This document shows, piece after piece, positions 1 to 9,589 of a stretch of DNA of 64,000 nt. Below the pieces are notes generated by a model. The model ran no database searches and had not been told where the DNA came from. It worked only from the letters and a program-made list of their open reading frames with translations. The position numbers and the translations under genes are program-made. The DNA comes from Flavobacteriales bacterium (GTDB lineage: Bacteria > Bacteroidota > Bacteroidia > Palsa-965): the NCBI GenBank assembly GCA_040377305.1, contig JBEIPA010000001.1:1-64000 (forward strand), given 5' to 3'. How positions within the stretch are numbered: position 1 is the first letter of the stretch; the number at the start of each line of letters is the position of its first letter.

Positions 1-303
1 ACACGAGAAATATCGCTAAGCGATATTATTCTCTTGTGAACTATGTAATTCTTTCGCCCAACAAGAAAACAACGGGCTATGATCCTATGTGGTAAACATG
101 GCGGATGGTATCTGGTGTTTCTTGATTCGAGGGTGCCTTGCTCCGCTTAACCACATAGAATCATAGAATTTATTAGGTGCTAAGGCGCTACGCGATCATA
201 GTTCACACGAGAAATATCGCTAAGCGATATTATTCTCTTGTGAACTATGTAATTCTTTCGCCCAACAAGAAAACAACGGGCTATGATCCTATGTGGTAAA
301 CAT
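1..303. repeat. Tandem direct repeat of a ~154 bp palindromic (MITE-like) element, period 204 bp; first copy truncated by window edge
   Basis: 1-99 is identical to 205-303. The full unit 147-300 has 20-bp terminal IRs (ttaaccacatagaatcatag / ctatgatcctatgtggtaaa, 2 mismatches) and an internal hairpin atagttcac...atatcgc-taa-gcgatat...gtgaactat. Confidence 0.9.
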
Positions 304-884
304 CACAGCGATCTCTGCTTCGCCTTCAGTGCAGCACAAACCTCTTTCACGTGCTTCTCTCTGGTCACTTTCGTTTTCACCTTGGTGATGTATTGCACCA
401 TCTCTCTCTGAAACGAATGCGGCAACTCCGAAAAGAATTTTCCTGCAGCTTTATTCGTTGAGAAAAACCTCGTGAGCTCAGCCGGGACTTTCATCAGGCT
501 CATATTCACTTTTTCTGCACCACTCTTTTCCAACTTCACCGCTTCTTTTACGAGATCAATGACCTTCTTCTTGTTGAATTGCTTGTACTCTGTAAACTTC
601 ACCATTCGGTTGTGCGCATTGTCGAAACCGTCGTTAATGAGCTTGTGCTTGTCCTTCAATTCTGCACCGCGATACAAGACCAATGAAACATGCTTCTTGA
701 ATCCCCAAAGACCGATCAGCAATTTTCCGTCGAGCTCAAATCCCGGTCCCCATTTCCAGGTTTCCGACAATCCGGTTTTCGAAGCGTGTATAGCTTCACG
801 TAATGAATCAATCAGCTTACGGATTTCACCACTATGCTTTGCGTAAGCGGCGTCAATGCGTTTGGAAGCTGGAGTGGTTGTCAT
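303..884 (-). CDS. DUF1801 / YdeI-OmpD-associated family protein
   Basis: N-terminal LREAIH..LSETWKWGP..GFKKHVSL motif; C-terminal VPAEL..AAGKFFSELPHSFQRE..TREK motif. ATG at 884 preferred over TTG at 902. Confidence 0.75.
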   Translation of the reverse strand: MTTTPASKRIDAAYAKHSGEIRKLIDSLREAIHASKTGLSETWKWGPGFELDGKLLIGLWGFKKHVSLVLYRGAELKDKHKLINDGFDNAHNRMVKFTEYKQFNKKKVIDLVKEAVKLEKSGAEKVNMSLMKVPAELTRFFSTNKAAGKFFSELPHSFQREMVQYITKVKTKVTREKHVKEVCAALKAKQRSL

Positions 885-940
885 TGGAAAATGTTTAATC
901 AAATATAGTCAAGTACTAAAATATTTTCCATCTTCAGGGC

Positions 941-2176
941 ATGGGATGGTTATTCGGAAAGAAGAAAAACAAGTTCGAAATTGATTCTCAGACGCGAGGA
1001 TATATTGAAAGACATCTTGAATGGCTTTTTCGCAATGCATACGACCCGGATACATTCAAGTTCAAGCTGCACTTGCCAACTGAAAATGAGTTTCCGGAAT
1101 TTTCTAAGGATCCGAAAGCTAACCTGATTCAACTGGTCGATTACTTGTGCACCAAAATCGGGCTCCAGGAGATCGTGACGATTTCCGTTTTCAATGCAAA
1201 GACATTTGAATGGGAAACCTGGAGACAAGGTCAGCGCGCAGATGAAGAGCCCCCGTTCGTATTGCAGGTAAGAGAAGAAACACTGCAGTATAGAGCACAT
1301 CTCATTGCCGGAATCGTGCTCGATCTTGGAGCAATCATGCTGGCACATTTGTACTTAGCTGATGAAGAACCCGGAGAAGAGCAGGAATTGCATGCCACGT
1401 TTCACGGTTTTTCCGTTGTGCTATTGTGTGCCTATACCAAGGTAAATGTCGGATTCATCAGCGGACCATGGCAAGACCCTTCCCACCATTTGTACGCAAC
1501 GAGTTTGCTTTGCCGTTTATTTAACGTCGATCATTCCTCAATCAAACCGTATCTCGATGATGATGCGTATGAGTTTCTCGACGGTATGATCAAAGAGCAC
1601 CAAAACTCTGATCATTTTCTTGAATTCAAACGCGAATGTCTACGATTGATGCGTCTCGCTCCGGATTTCAAAATTGCATTTGCCAGCACGTGTTACACAC
1701 CGGAGGTGATTGATGCATACACAAGGCTTATTGCCGAAGAAAAGAACACGGTATACTACAACAACCGTGGATACAGCTATCTGCTGAACGGTCGATTTCA
1801 GGAAGCCCTGTCCGATCTGAATAAATGTATTGAACTGGATCCATATTATGCATATGCGTTCAACAATCGCGCCTACTGTAGAATGTTTCTGGGTGACATG
1901 AATGGAGCATGGAACGACCTCGATGTTTCATTCACCTTCGATCCTAAAAATAGTTTCAACTTCCGGAACAAAGGAATCTACTTTCTTCTGTCTCAAAAAC
2001 CGGAGCAGGCTCTAGAACAAATGCAACTCGCATACCAGTCGGATCGAAAAACCGAACACATTCACTATTGGCTTGGTAAAGCCCACTTCGCATTGAACAA
2101 TCTTGACGAAGCGAAGAAACACTTTGAACGCTCACGTAGTATACCTGAACTTCCTGCACCGGAATATCCGATGTGA
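941..2176 (+). CDS. TPR-repeat protein with N-terminal degenerate metallopeptidase-like domain
   Basis: C-terminal TPRs (YYNNRGYSY..ALSDLNKCIELDP..AFNNRAY). Confidence 0.75.
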   Translation: MGWLFGKKKNKFEIDSQTRGYIERHLEWLFRNAYDPDTFKFKLHLPTENEFPEFSKDPKANLIQLVDYLCTKIGLQEIVTISVFNAKTFEWETWRQGQRADEEPPFVLQVREETLQYRAHLIAGIVLDLGAIMLAHLYLADEEPGEEQELHATFHGFSVVLLCAYTKVNVGFISGPWQDPSHHLYATSLLCRLFNVDHSSIKPYLDDDAYEFLDGMIKEHQNSDHFLEFKRECLRLMRLAPDFKIAFASTCYTPEVIDAYTRLIAEEKNTVYYNNRGYSYLLNGRFQEALSDLNKCIELDPYYAYAFNNRAYCRMFLGDMNGAWNDLDVSFTFDPKNSFNFRNKGIYFLLSQKPEQALEQMQLAYQSDRKTEHIHYWLGKAHFALNNLDEAKKHFERSRSIPELPAPEYPM

Positions 2177-2177
2177 A

Positions 2178-2375
2178 TTGGAACGCGGATTTTTATACCC
2201 TTAGCTTGCTGGTAGTGTTTATGGATGAGTGTAGTAAAGTTCCTGTGCTGGTATTTGGATTCTATGAGATTCGTTTAAGCATATCTCATAAAATCCAAAA
2301 ACTGAAACGTTCAACTCTCCGAGGAGATCCGAGAGATAGACTAGCACGTAACGCACATCAAAATCCGCGTTCCAA
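2178..2375. repeat. ~198 bp nested palindromic element, family A (copy 1)
   Basis: Terminal IR ttggaacgcggatttt / aaaatccgcgttccaa and internal hairpin 2256-2297; related copy at 28095-28287. Confidence 0.8.
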
Positions 2376-2389
2376 AATCTGCGTTCCCT

Positions 2390-4168
2390 TTAGAAGCAGT
2401 ACTTATTCTCCTCGATCAGTTTCCCTGCTACACTACGACGCAATTCCTTCACATTCACAGAATCTACTTTCGTGAATCTTCGTAATCCCATCTGCATCAT
2501 GCGTTGCTCATCACCTTCGGCAAAACTGTTGATTGCATCTTTGCCTGCTTTTGCGATTCGGTCTGCGGAATCGTACACCGTGATGCGCAACATATCGAGT
2601 TGTAATTGACACGCTTCTTCTCCGCGCATCTTAACGAGTTTTTCCACGCGCAACTGCAAGGATTCCACCGTGTAAAGATCAATGAGCATATCAGCAACGT
2701 TCATCAAAATCTCCTGTTCCTTCGCGAGGCCCATCATCAGTTTCTGAACGGCTGCACCTGCAACCATCAACACCGCTTTCTTGAATCCGCCAAGCGCGCG
2801 CTTCTCTGCTGCGAATAAACTCATGTCCGGTTCACCGAAATCAGGAATCGACATCAGTTCTCCGGCAACTTTCGTAGCAGGTCCCATCAAATCCAGTTCG
2901 CCTTTCATCGCACGCTTCAGGAGCATGTCGACAATAAGCATGCGGTTAATTTCATTCGTGCCTTCGAAGATTCTGTTGATACGCGCATCACGATATGCAC
3001 GATCCATTGGCGCTTCTGCCGAGTAGCCCATGCCGCCGTAAATCTGCACGCCTTCATCAACAACGTAATCGAGAACTTCTGATCCACGTACTTTGAGAAT
3101 GGCTGCTTCGGTTGCAAATTGTTCTGTGCCTTTCAGTTTTGCTTTCTCGGAATCCATTCCACTGCTCTGCAAAGCTGCAATGGCATCATCAATATTCTGT
3201 GTGCAACGATACAATGCCGATTCACATGCGTACACACGTGTTGCCATCTCAGCAAGCTTGTAACGAATTGCACCATACTTGGAAATCGGGCGACCGAACT
3301 GCTGGCGTTCATTCGCATAACGTACTGCGTGATTGATCACTTCCTTGCAACCACCAATTGCGGCTCCAGCAAGTTTAATACGACCTACGTTGAGAATGTT
3401 CACCGCAATCTTGAATCCATTCTGACGTTCAGAAAGCAGATTCTCTACAGGAACCTTGCAGTCATTGAAGAAAACCTGTCGCGTAGAACTTCCTTTGATT
3501 CCCATCTTATGTTCTTCCGGATTCAAAGAGATTCCACCGAATGTTTTCTCAACAATGAATGCACTGAGATTTTCATCGGCATCAATCTTCGCGAACACGA
3601 TGAACAAATCTGCGAATCCACCATTGGTGATCCACATCTTTTGTCCATTGATCACGTAATGTTTTCCGTCTGCAGTGAGCTTAGCAGAAGTCTTGCCGCT
3701 GTTGGCATCTGAGCCAGCACCCGGTTCGGTAAGACAATACGACGCCTTCATCTCACCATTGATGAGCTTGGGAATGTACTTCTTCTTCTGTTCTGCATTT
3801 CCGTAATATAGAATCGGGAGAGTTCCAATTCCGGTATGCGCAGAAATAGCCACTGCAAACGAATGACCTGATCCCACGATTTCTGTCGCAAGCATCGAGG
3901 TCTTAAAATCTTTTCCAAAGCCGCCGTACTCCTCGGGAATAGAAATTCCAAGCATGCCTAAAGCGGCTGCCTTTTCGAGTATGGATTCCATCAATCCTTC
4001 TTCCTGGTCGTCTATGCGCTGCAGGTTCGGATAAACTTCCGCAGCAAGAAAATCGCTGCAGGTTTTTGCAATCATCAGTTGCTCTTCATCCCATTCTTCA
4101 GGAATGAAAATGTCTTCGGCTGCTGTGTCGCGGATGAGAAACTCTCCGCCTTTGATGCTAGTATTCAT
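2390..4168 (-). CDS. fadE: Acyl-CoA dehydrogenase (long/very-long-chain type)
   Basis: YCLTEPGAGSDA, GQKMWITNG, QIYGGMGY and RIFEGTNEINR motifs; lies in beta-oxidation cluster. Confidence 0.95.
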   Translation of the reverse strand: MNTSIKGGEFLIRDTAAEDIFIPEEWDEEQLMIAKTCSDFLAAEVYPNLQRIDDQEEGLMESILEKAAALGMLGISIPEEYGGFGKDFKTSMLATEIVGSGHSFAVAISAHTGIGTLPILYYGNAEQKKKYIPKLINGEMKASYCLTEPGAGSDANSGKTSAKLTADGKHYVINGQKMWITNGGFADLFIVFAKIDADENLSAFIVEKTFGGISLNPEEHKMGIKGSSTRQVFFNDCKVPVENLLSERQNGFKIAVNILNVGRIKLAGAAIGGCKEVINHAVRYANERQQFGRPISKYGAIRYKLAEMATRVYACESALYRCTQNIDDAIAALQSSGMDSEKAKLKGTEQFATEAAILKVRGSEVLDYVVDEGVQIYGGMGYSAEAPMDRAYRDARINRIFEGTNEINRMLIVDMLLKRAMKGELDLMGPATKVAGELMSIPDFGEPDMSLFAAEKRALGGFKKAVLMVAGAAVQKLMMGLAKEQEILMNVADMLIDLYTVESLQLRVEKLVKMRGEEACQLQLDMLRITVYDSADRIAKAGKDAINSFAEGDEQRMMQMGLRRFTKVDSVNVKELRRSVAGKLIEENKYCF

Positions 4169-4228
4169 ATCTGGTGTGTTTAACGCACATCTAGCTGGTT
4201 CAGGGCTCTTCAGTGCAACAATTTATTT

Positions 4229-4265
4229 CATCCTATCATTTAATCATCCAATAATCCTATCATCT
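4229..4265. repeat. 8-bp degenerate microrepeat array between fadA and fadE
   Basis: catcctat catttaat catccaat aatcctat catct. Confidence 0.6.
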
Positions 4266-5441
4266 TCAAAGCATCTCAAAAATCCCTGCAGCTCCCTGCC
4301 CGGTTCCAACGCACATCGTCACCATTCCGTATTTCTTCTTGCGTGCTTTTAATTCGTTGAAGAGTTGCACAGACAATTTCGCCCCCGAACATCCAAGCGG
4401 ATGACCCAATGCTATTGCACCACCATTCACGTTGCAGACTTCAGGATTGATATTCAATTCGCGCTGTACAGCTATAGATTGCGATGCAAATGCTTCATTC
4501 AATTCGATTAGGTCCATCTGATCCAGATTCATTCCGGCGAGCTTCAAGGCCTTCGGAATAGCAGCCACCGGACCAATTCCCATAATGCGTGGTGGAACTC
4601 CGGCAACACCGTAACTCACGAGTCGCGCGATTGGCTGCACATTCAATTCCTTCAACATGCGTTCACTCACCACGATGCAAAATGCTGCTCCATCAGAAGT
4701 CTGAGAAGAGTTTCCGGCAGTCACACTACCGTTTGCGGCGAATACCGGTTTGAGTTTCGCGAGTGCTTCTGCATTTGTATCTGCACGCGGACCTTCGTCG
4801 TTTGTGATCACAGTTTGTTTCACCTGACGCTTTCCGTTTGCATCGAGTGAAACTTCTTCTACCGTTATCGGCGCAGTTCCTGAAGTGAATTTCCCTTCTT
4901 TGATTGCACTAACTGCTTTCAGGTGAGAATTCAGAGCGAACTGATCCTGATCTTCGCGTGATACTTTATATTCATTCGCAACAGCTTCCGCAGTAAGACC
5001 CATTCCCCAATACCAATCTGGATTCTTCAATGCCACATCTGCATTCGGAATAATTCTCCAGCCGCCCATTGGAATCAACGACATGGACTCTGCGCCACCT
5101 GCAATGATGCAATCCGCAAGTCCCGCGTGAATCTTCATCGACGCCATTGCAATTGTTTCCAATCCCGATGCGCAATAACGATTCACGGTTACACCCGGAA
5201 CTTTGTCAGTGTCGAGTGCAAGCAACGAAATCAATCGTGCGAAATTCAAACCTTGTTCCGCTTCAGGCATTGCGTTTCCTACAATGAGATCGTCAATACG
5301 ATCCTTGTCGAGCTGAGGAACCTGCGCCATGAGCTGGCGAATAACTTGTGCAGCTAAATCATCGGGACGCAGAAAACGAAATGCGCCTTTCTGTGCTTTC
5401 CCTACTGGTGATCGAAGTGCTGCTATGATGTATGCATTCAT
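4266..5441 (-). CDS. fadA: Acetyl-CoA C-acyltransferase (3-ketoacyl-CoA thiolase)
   Basis: VNRYCASGL (catalytic Cys), NEAFA, GHPLGCSGA and MCVGTGQG motifs. Confidence 0.95.
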   Translation of the reverse strand: MNAYIIAALRSPVGKAQKGAFRFLRPDDLAAQVIRQLMAQVPQLDKDRIDDLIVGNAMPEAEQGLNFARLISLLALDTDKVPGVTVNRYCASGLETIAMASMKIHAGLADCIIAGGAESMSLIPMGGWRIIPNADVALKNPDWYWGMGLTAEAVANEYKVSREDQDQFALNSHLKAVSAIKEGKFTSGTAPITVEEVSLDANGKRQVKQTVITNDEGPRADTNAEALAKLKPVFAANGSVTAGNSSQTSDGAAFCIVVSERMLKELNVQPIARLVSYGVAGVPPRIMGIGPVAAIPKALKLAGMNLDQMDLIELNEAFASQSIAVQRELNINPEVCNVNGGAIALGHPLGCSGAKLSVQLFNELKARKKKYGMVTMCVGTGQGAAGIFEML

Positions 5442-5485
5442 GCTTTTATAGTTTTTCTATAATCGAACAAAATAAAAAGGCGACC

Positions 5486-5556
5486 GTCATCGCGACAGAG
5501 GAAGCGATCTCATGTTTGTTACGTAACGTGAGACTGCTTCGCTAGTTCGCAGTGAC
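5486..5556. repeat. REP-like palindromic element (gtcatcgcga..gaagcgatctc / gagactgcttc..tcgcagtgac)
   Basis: Nested imperfect inverted repeats in the fadN-fadA intergenic region. Confidence 0.7.
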
Positions 5557-5589
5557 ACTATGCCATTTTTATTTTGTTCGGTTCTCATG

Positions 5590-7995
5590 TTAATTACGCA
5601 AGACTTTTCCGCCCTGCAGGATACTTTGCATGCGTTCCAATGATTTGCGTTCACCACACAACGATAAGAAAGCTTCCCTCTCCAAATCCAGCAAGTACTT
5701 TTCACTCACCATCGTTGGCTGACTCAGATCTCCACCGCACAACACCCAAGCCAACTTCTGCGAAATTTTTTCATCGTGTTCTGAAATATACTTTCCGCTG
5801 AGCATGGCATTCGCCCCGAGGTAAGCAAGACCAAGTGCCGACTTCCCGAGCACACGAATATCCGTACGCGGAATTGGTTTTGTATAACCTTCGTCCGCCA
5901 ATCGCAACGCTTCTGCTTTCGCTTCAGTCAGCAAACGATTTCGCGAAACAACATAACGATCAATTCCATTGCGGAGATAACCTAATTCAAATCCTTCCTT
6001 CGCTGAAGTAGAAACTTTCGCTTGTCCGATCGTGAGGAAACGATTTCTGAATTCGTTCAGTTCCACATCACCTTCATGCAATTCATCAGACAGACGCAAT
6101 GCAAATTCTTTTGTTCCTCCGCCTCCGGGAATTACACCGACTCCGAACTCAACAAGTCCCATGTATGTTTCCGCGTGTGCAACAACGGCATCAGCGTGTA
6201 AACAGATTTCACTTCCCCCGCCCAATGTAAGATTGTGTGGAGCAGCAACAACAGGAATCGATGAGTAACGGATTCTTCCGGTTGTGTTCTGGAAAGCACG
6301 CACCGCAAAATCGAGTTCGTCCCACTCTTGTTCAATCGCGAACATGAATACCATTCCGAGATTTGCCCCCGCAGAGAAATTCTGTCCTTCATTGGAAATC
6401 ACAAGTCCGCGGAAATCTTTCTCAGCAACATCAATTGCTTTATTGATTCCTTGCAGCACCTCTCCTCCAATCGTATTCATCTTCGTGTGGAATTCCAGAT
6501 TCAGAATTCCGTCACCAATATCAACGAGTGTTGCACCACTGTTCTTCCAAACTGTTTTCGTTGGACGAAGCGTGTCGAGCAAAACAAAACTTTCCGTTCC
6601 AGGAATAACTTTGAACGTTTTCGACGCAAGATCGAAGCAGAGCTTTTTTCCGTTTTCCGTTTTATAGAAAGACAGATTACCCGCATTCACGAAGTCAGTG
6701 ACCCATGACGGAATCTTCTTGCCCGCACTTTCCGCAAGCTGAATACCTTCTCTAATTCCAATTGCATCCCAGGTCTCGAAAGGGCCAATCTCCCAACCAA
6801 ACCCGGCATTCATCGCCTGATCAATCTTGTAGATATTGTCCGAAATTTCCGGAATACGATTCGCCACATAAGCGAACATTGCACCGAATGAAACACGATA
6901 GAATTCACCCGCTTTATCTTTTCCTTGCACGAGCACCTTGAACCGGTCTCTCAAATTCTCAATCGGCTTCGTCGCTTCGAGTGTTGCGAACTTCGCTTTC
7001 TTCTGCGTACGATATTCAAGTGTATCTAAATCGAGAGCAAGAATTTCCGTCTTGCCATTCGCATCTTTCGTTTTCTTGTAAAAGCCCTGACCGGTTTTAT
7101 CGCCCAGCCATTTGTTGGCGTTCATCTTTGCCACATAATCAGGCAAAACGAAAAGTGCTTTCTCTTCGTCGTCCGGACAATTTTTCTCGAGACCGCCAGC
7201 CACAAGCACAAGTGTATCGAGACCCACAACATCGCACGTGCGGAACGTAGCCGACTTCGGTCTTCCTAAAACAGGGCCGGTCAGTTTATCAACCTCTTCC
7301 ACAGTCAATCCCATTTGCTTCACGGTGTGAAAGAGGGACATGATTCCGTAAACACCAATGCGGTTTGCAATGAACGCCGGTGTGTCTTTCGCGAGTACCG
7401 TGGTCTTACCGAGATGAAGCTCTCCGTAATGCATCAGGAAATCAATCACACCCTGATCAGTTTGCGGACCCGGAATTATTTCCAGCAAGCGCAAATATCT
7501 CGGAGGATTGAAGAAGTGTGTGCCGCAGAAATGTTTGACAAAATCTTCTGAACGACCGTTCACCAGATAGTGAATCGGAATTCCGGAAGTATTTGTGGTG
7601 ATCAGTGTTCCCATCTTACGGAACTGCTCCACCTTCTCAAACACTTGCTGCTTGATATCGAGTCGCTCTACAACTGCCTCGAGAATCCAGTCAACGTTTG
7701 CAATGTCTTTCAGATCGTCATCGAAATTGCCCGTCTTGATTCTCGACACCAGCGACTTCGAATAAATAGGTGATGGATTTGCTTTCAACACGCCCTGCAG
7801 CGAATCATTCACAATGCGATTGCGAACTACTTTGCTTTCGAGAGTCAACCCTTTCGCTTGTTCTGCCGGAGATAATTCCCGGGGCACAATATCAAGCAAA
7901 AGCACTTCCACTCCGCAGTTGGCGAAATGACAAGCGATACGCGATCCCATTACACCTGAACCAAGCACCGCAACTTTTCTGATTACTCTTGTCAT
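5590..7995 (-). CDS. fadN: 3-hydroxyacyl-CoA dehydrogenase / enoyl-CoA hydratase (FadN type)
   Basis: VAVLGSGVMG Rossmann motif, THFFNPPRYL, C-terminal crotonase domain (FSAGANL, LGGGSE). Start MTRVIRK at 7995. Confidence 0.93.
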   Translation of the reverse strand: MTRVIRKVAVLGSGVMGSRIACHFANCGVEVLLLDIVPRELSPAEQAKGLTLESKVVRNRIVNDSLQGVLKANPSPIYSKSLVSRIKTGNFDDDLKDIANVDWILEAVVERLDIKQQVFEKVEQFRKMGTLITTNTSGIPIHYLVNGRSEDFVKHFCGTHFFNPPRYLRLLEIIPGPQTDQGVIDFLMHYGELHLGKTTVLAKDTPAFIANRIGVYGIMSLFHTVKQMGLTVEEVDKLTGPVLGRPKSATFRTCDVVGLDTLVLVAGGLEKNCPDDEEKALFVLPDYVAKMNANKWLGDKTGQGFYKKTKDANGKTEILALDLDTLEYRTQKKAKFATLEATKPIENLRDRFKVLVQGKDKAGEFYRVSFGAMFAYVANRIPEISDNIYKIDQAMNAGFGWEIGPFETWDAIGIREGIQLAESAGKKIPSWVTDFVNAGNLSFYKTENGKKLCFDLASKTFKVIPGTESFVLLDTLRPTKTVWKNSGATLVDIGDGILNLEFHTKMNTIGGEVLQGINKAIDVAEKDFRGLVISNEGQNFSAGANLGMVFMFAIEQEWDELDFAVRAFQNTTGRIRYSSIPVVAAPHNLTLGGGSEICLHADAVVAHAETYMGLVEFGVGVIPGGGGTKEFALRLSDELHEGDVELNEFRNRFLTIGQAKVSTSAKEGFELGYLRNGIDRYVVSRNRLLTEAKAEALRLADEGYTKPIPRTDIRVLGKSALGLAYLGANAMLSGKYISEHDEKISQKLAWVLCGGDLSQPTMVSEKYLLDLEREAFLSLCGERKSLERMQSILQGGKVLRN

Positions 7996-8002
7996 GCGAA
8001 TA

Positions 8003-8449
8003 TTATTGTGCAATTGCGTTCTCGGCAATCGCGTTAATTTCATTGAGTACTTCTGTAAACACTTTCAGTTTCTGCTTGCCTACTTTCTTCTCTACCGCTT
8101 CGTTGAACAACTGAACCGCCTGTTTGGAAATATCGCGTTTCTGTTTGCCTTTGGCTGTAAGAGAAATCATCACCTTACGTGCATCCTTCGCATCTTTCTT
8201 ACGCTTGATCCAACCCTTCTCTTCCAAACTGTTTAGGGTGCGAACCAGGCTTGTTGCTTCCATTCCTAATGCAGGACCAATTGAAGTGGAGGGAACACCC
8301 TCAGGCCTATTGATGTTGAGCAGGATGAATCCTAATGTTGTAGTAAGATCATGATCGCCTCCCTGTGCGTTGTACATTCTCGTAATGCTATGCCACGACT
8401 GTTTAATTCGGGAACAATTTGTTTCCTTCTTAGGGGTATTGCCTTTCAT
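8003..8449 (-). CDS. MarR-family transcriptional regulator of the fad cluster
   Basis: LVRTLNSLEEKGWIKR..DARKVMISLTAKG winged-helix motif. Start MKGNTP at 8449. Confidence 0.9.
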   Translation of the reverse strand: MKGNTPKKETNCSRIKQSWHSITRMYNAQGGDHDLTTTLGFILLNINRPEGVPSTSIGPALGMEATSLVRTLNSLEEKGWIKRKKDAKDARKVMISLTAKGKQKRDISKQAVQLFNEAVEKKVGKQKLKVFTEVLNEINAIAENAIAQ

Positions 8450-8473
8450 AGACTTAAAGGTAGGAAATAATAT

Positions 8474-8485
8474 TATGCATGCATA
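8474..8485. promoter_or_regulatory. Perfect palindrome tatgcatgcata, candidate MarR operator
   Basis: 12-bp palindrome 25 bp upstream of the marR start. Confidence 0.55.
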
Positions 8486-8518
8486 GGAAATAGATTGCAA
8501 GCTAGGCGAAACGATTCG

Positions 8519-9589
8519 TTATTTTCGAAACCACGTTTTTTGATCTTTAAACTTGATTTTAAACATGTTGCCTTCATAAGTAATGCCGTCACGTATCTCC
8601 TTGTATGAATTTATGCGAGGAAATATCTCAATTTCAGCGTTATTCAGACTTAGTGTTTTCGTAATACGATACATACCTAAGCCTTTGCCTTCTTCGTTAA
8701 CCTTTTTCGCGGCGACAGATCTATATCCCTGAGATGTAAGCTTATTAACTTCATTCGGCTCGATCCGAATTGAAATCATCTTGAACAATATATAAAACGT
8801 ATCTCCTTGCTCCTCAAAAATAATCCGAAAATCAGTTCCCCTACAACAGTACTTCACAGCATTCTCTAATAAGTAGAACAACGAAACGAAAATAGAATCG
8901 TAATCTAAATCAATGCGCTTCTGACTGACATCGTCGTAATTAACATAAACCTGAATTCCTTTCTTCTCAAAGTCCTCAATAAATATTTGCAGTATTGAAA
9001 GTACCAAATCTCTTATTGAATGTGGCATTTTCTGTACAAATGCATTAGGTCGTTGGGTTCTTTCAAAAACTGAAAACTCCACTTTCATCGCTAAATTCGA
9101 TTTAATCAATTTCAGCAAAGTTGCACTTGTAACATTGGGTTGCTCTTCAATAATCTTCCTGACCGCTTCTTCCTGCTTGTTAAAATTCTGTGCGAGAATT
9201 TTCTGTGGGATCAAAGCAAAAAGATCTTGTATATTATACGAGTTCAATGAAGTCAAATTGTGAATTAGCTCCTCCGTGATTGACACCTGCGCCAATAATG
9301 TGTCAGTTTTCAATTTTACAATTGATGCAAGTGGAAGCGTACTGGCTTGAACTAATTCCCTGAAAAGTTTGAACCTACGAAGAAACTTATCCTCAAATGT
9401 TAAAGTAAAAACAGAACCTTCGCTTGTAGTCTTTTTTCCAAGCCTACAGAATTGTCGCTGTCCATTCCAGGTAACTTCAAAGGGCTCGAAGTTATCGTTA
9501 TAAGCATGGATTATTGCTTTCAGATTTGATGGAAAATTTTCGTAAAGACAATCACCCGCGTTATCTACTGCATAATAAAAAGTGCTCAT
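8519..9589 (-). CDS. Soluble histidine-kinase-like (HATPase_c) protein
   Basis: Putative H-box EELIHNL, N-box LLENAVKY and G2 box GKGLGMY. No DxGxG G1 box and no TM segment. AT-rich. Confidence 0.75.
   Translation of the reverse strand: MSTFYYAVDNAGDCLYENFPSNLKAIIHAYNDNFEPFEVTWNGQRQFCRLGKKTTSEGSVFTLTFEDKFLRRFKLFRELVQASTLPLASIVKLKTDTLLAQVSITEELIHNLTSLNSYNIQDLFALIPQKILAQNFNKQEEAVRKIIEEQPNVTSATLLKLIKSNLAMKVEFSVFERTQRPNAFVQKMPHSIRDLVLSILQIFIEDFEKKGIQVYVNYDDVSQKRIDLDYDSIFVSLFYLLENAVKYCCRGTDFRIIFEEQGDTFYILFKMISIRIEPNEVNKLTSQGYRSVAAKKVNEEGKGLGMYRITKTLSLNNAEIEIFPRINSYKEIRDGITYEGNMFKIKFKDQKTWFRK

Noticed and set aside
1-303. CRISPR array
   Set aside because: The unit is ~154 bp, only two copies are visible, and there are no cas genes in the window.
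2173-2475. 100-aa ORF, and similar short ORFs at 5487-5705, 15636-16132, 17761-18210, 47694-47906 and 60859-61307
   Set aside because: They run through repeats or overlap well-supported genes, and have no recognisable motifs.
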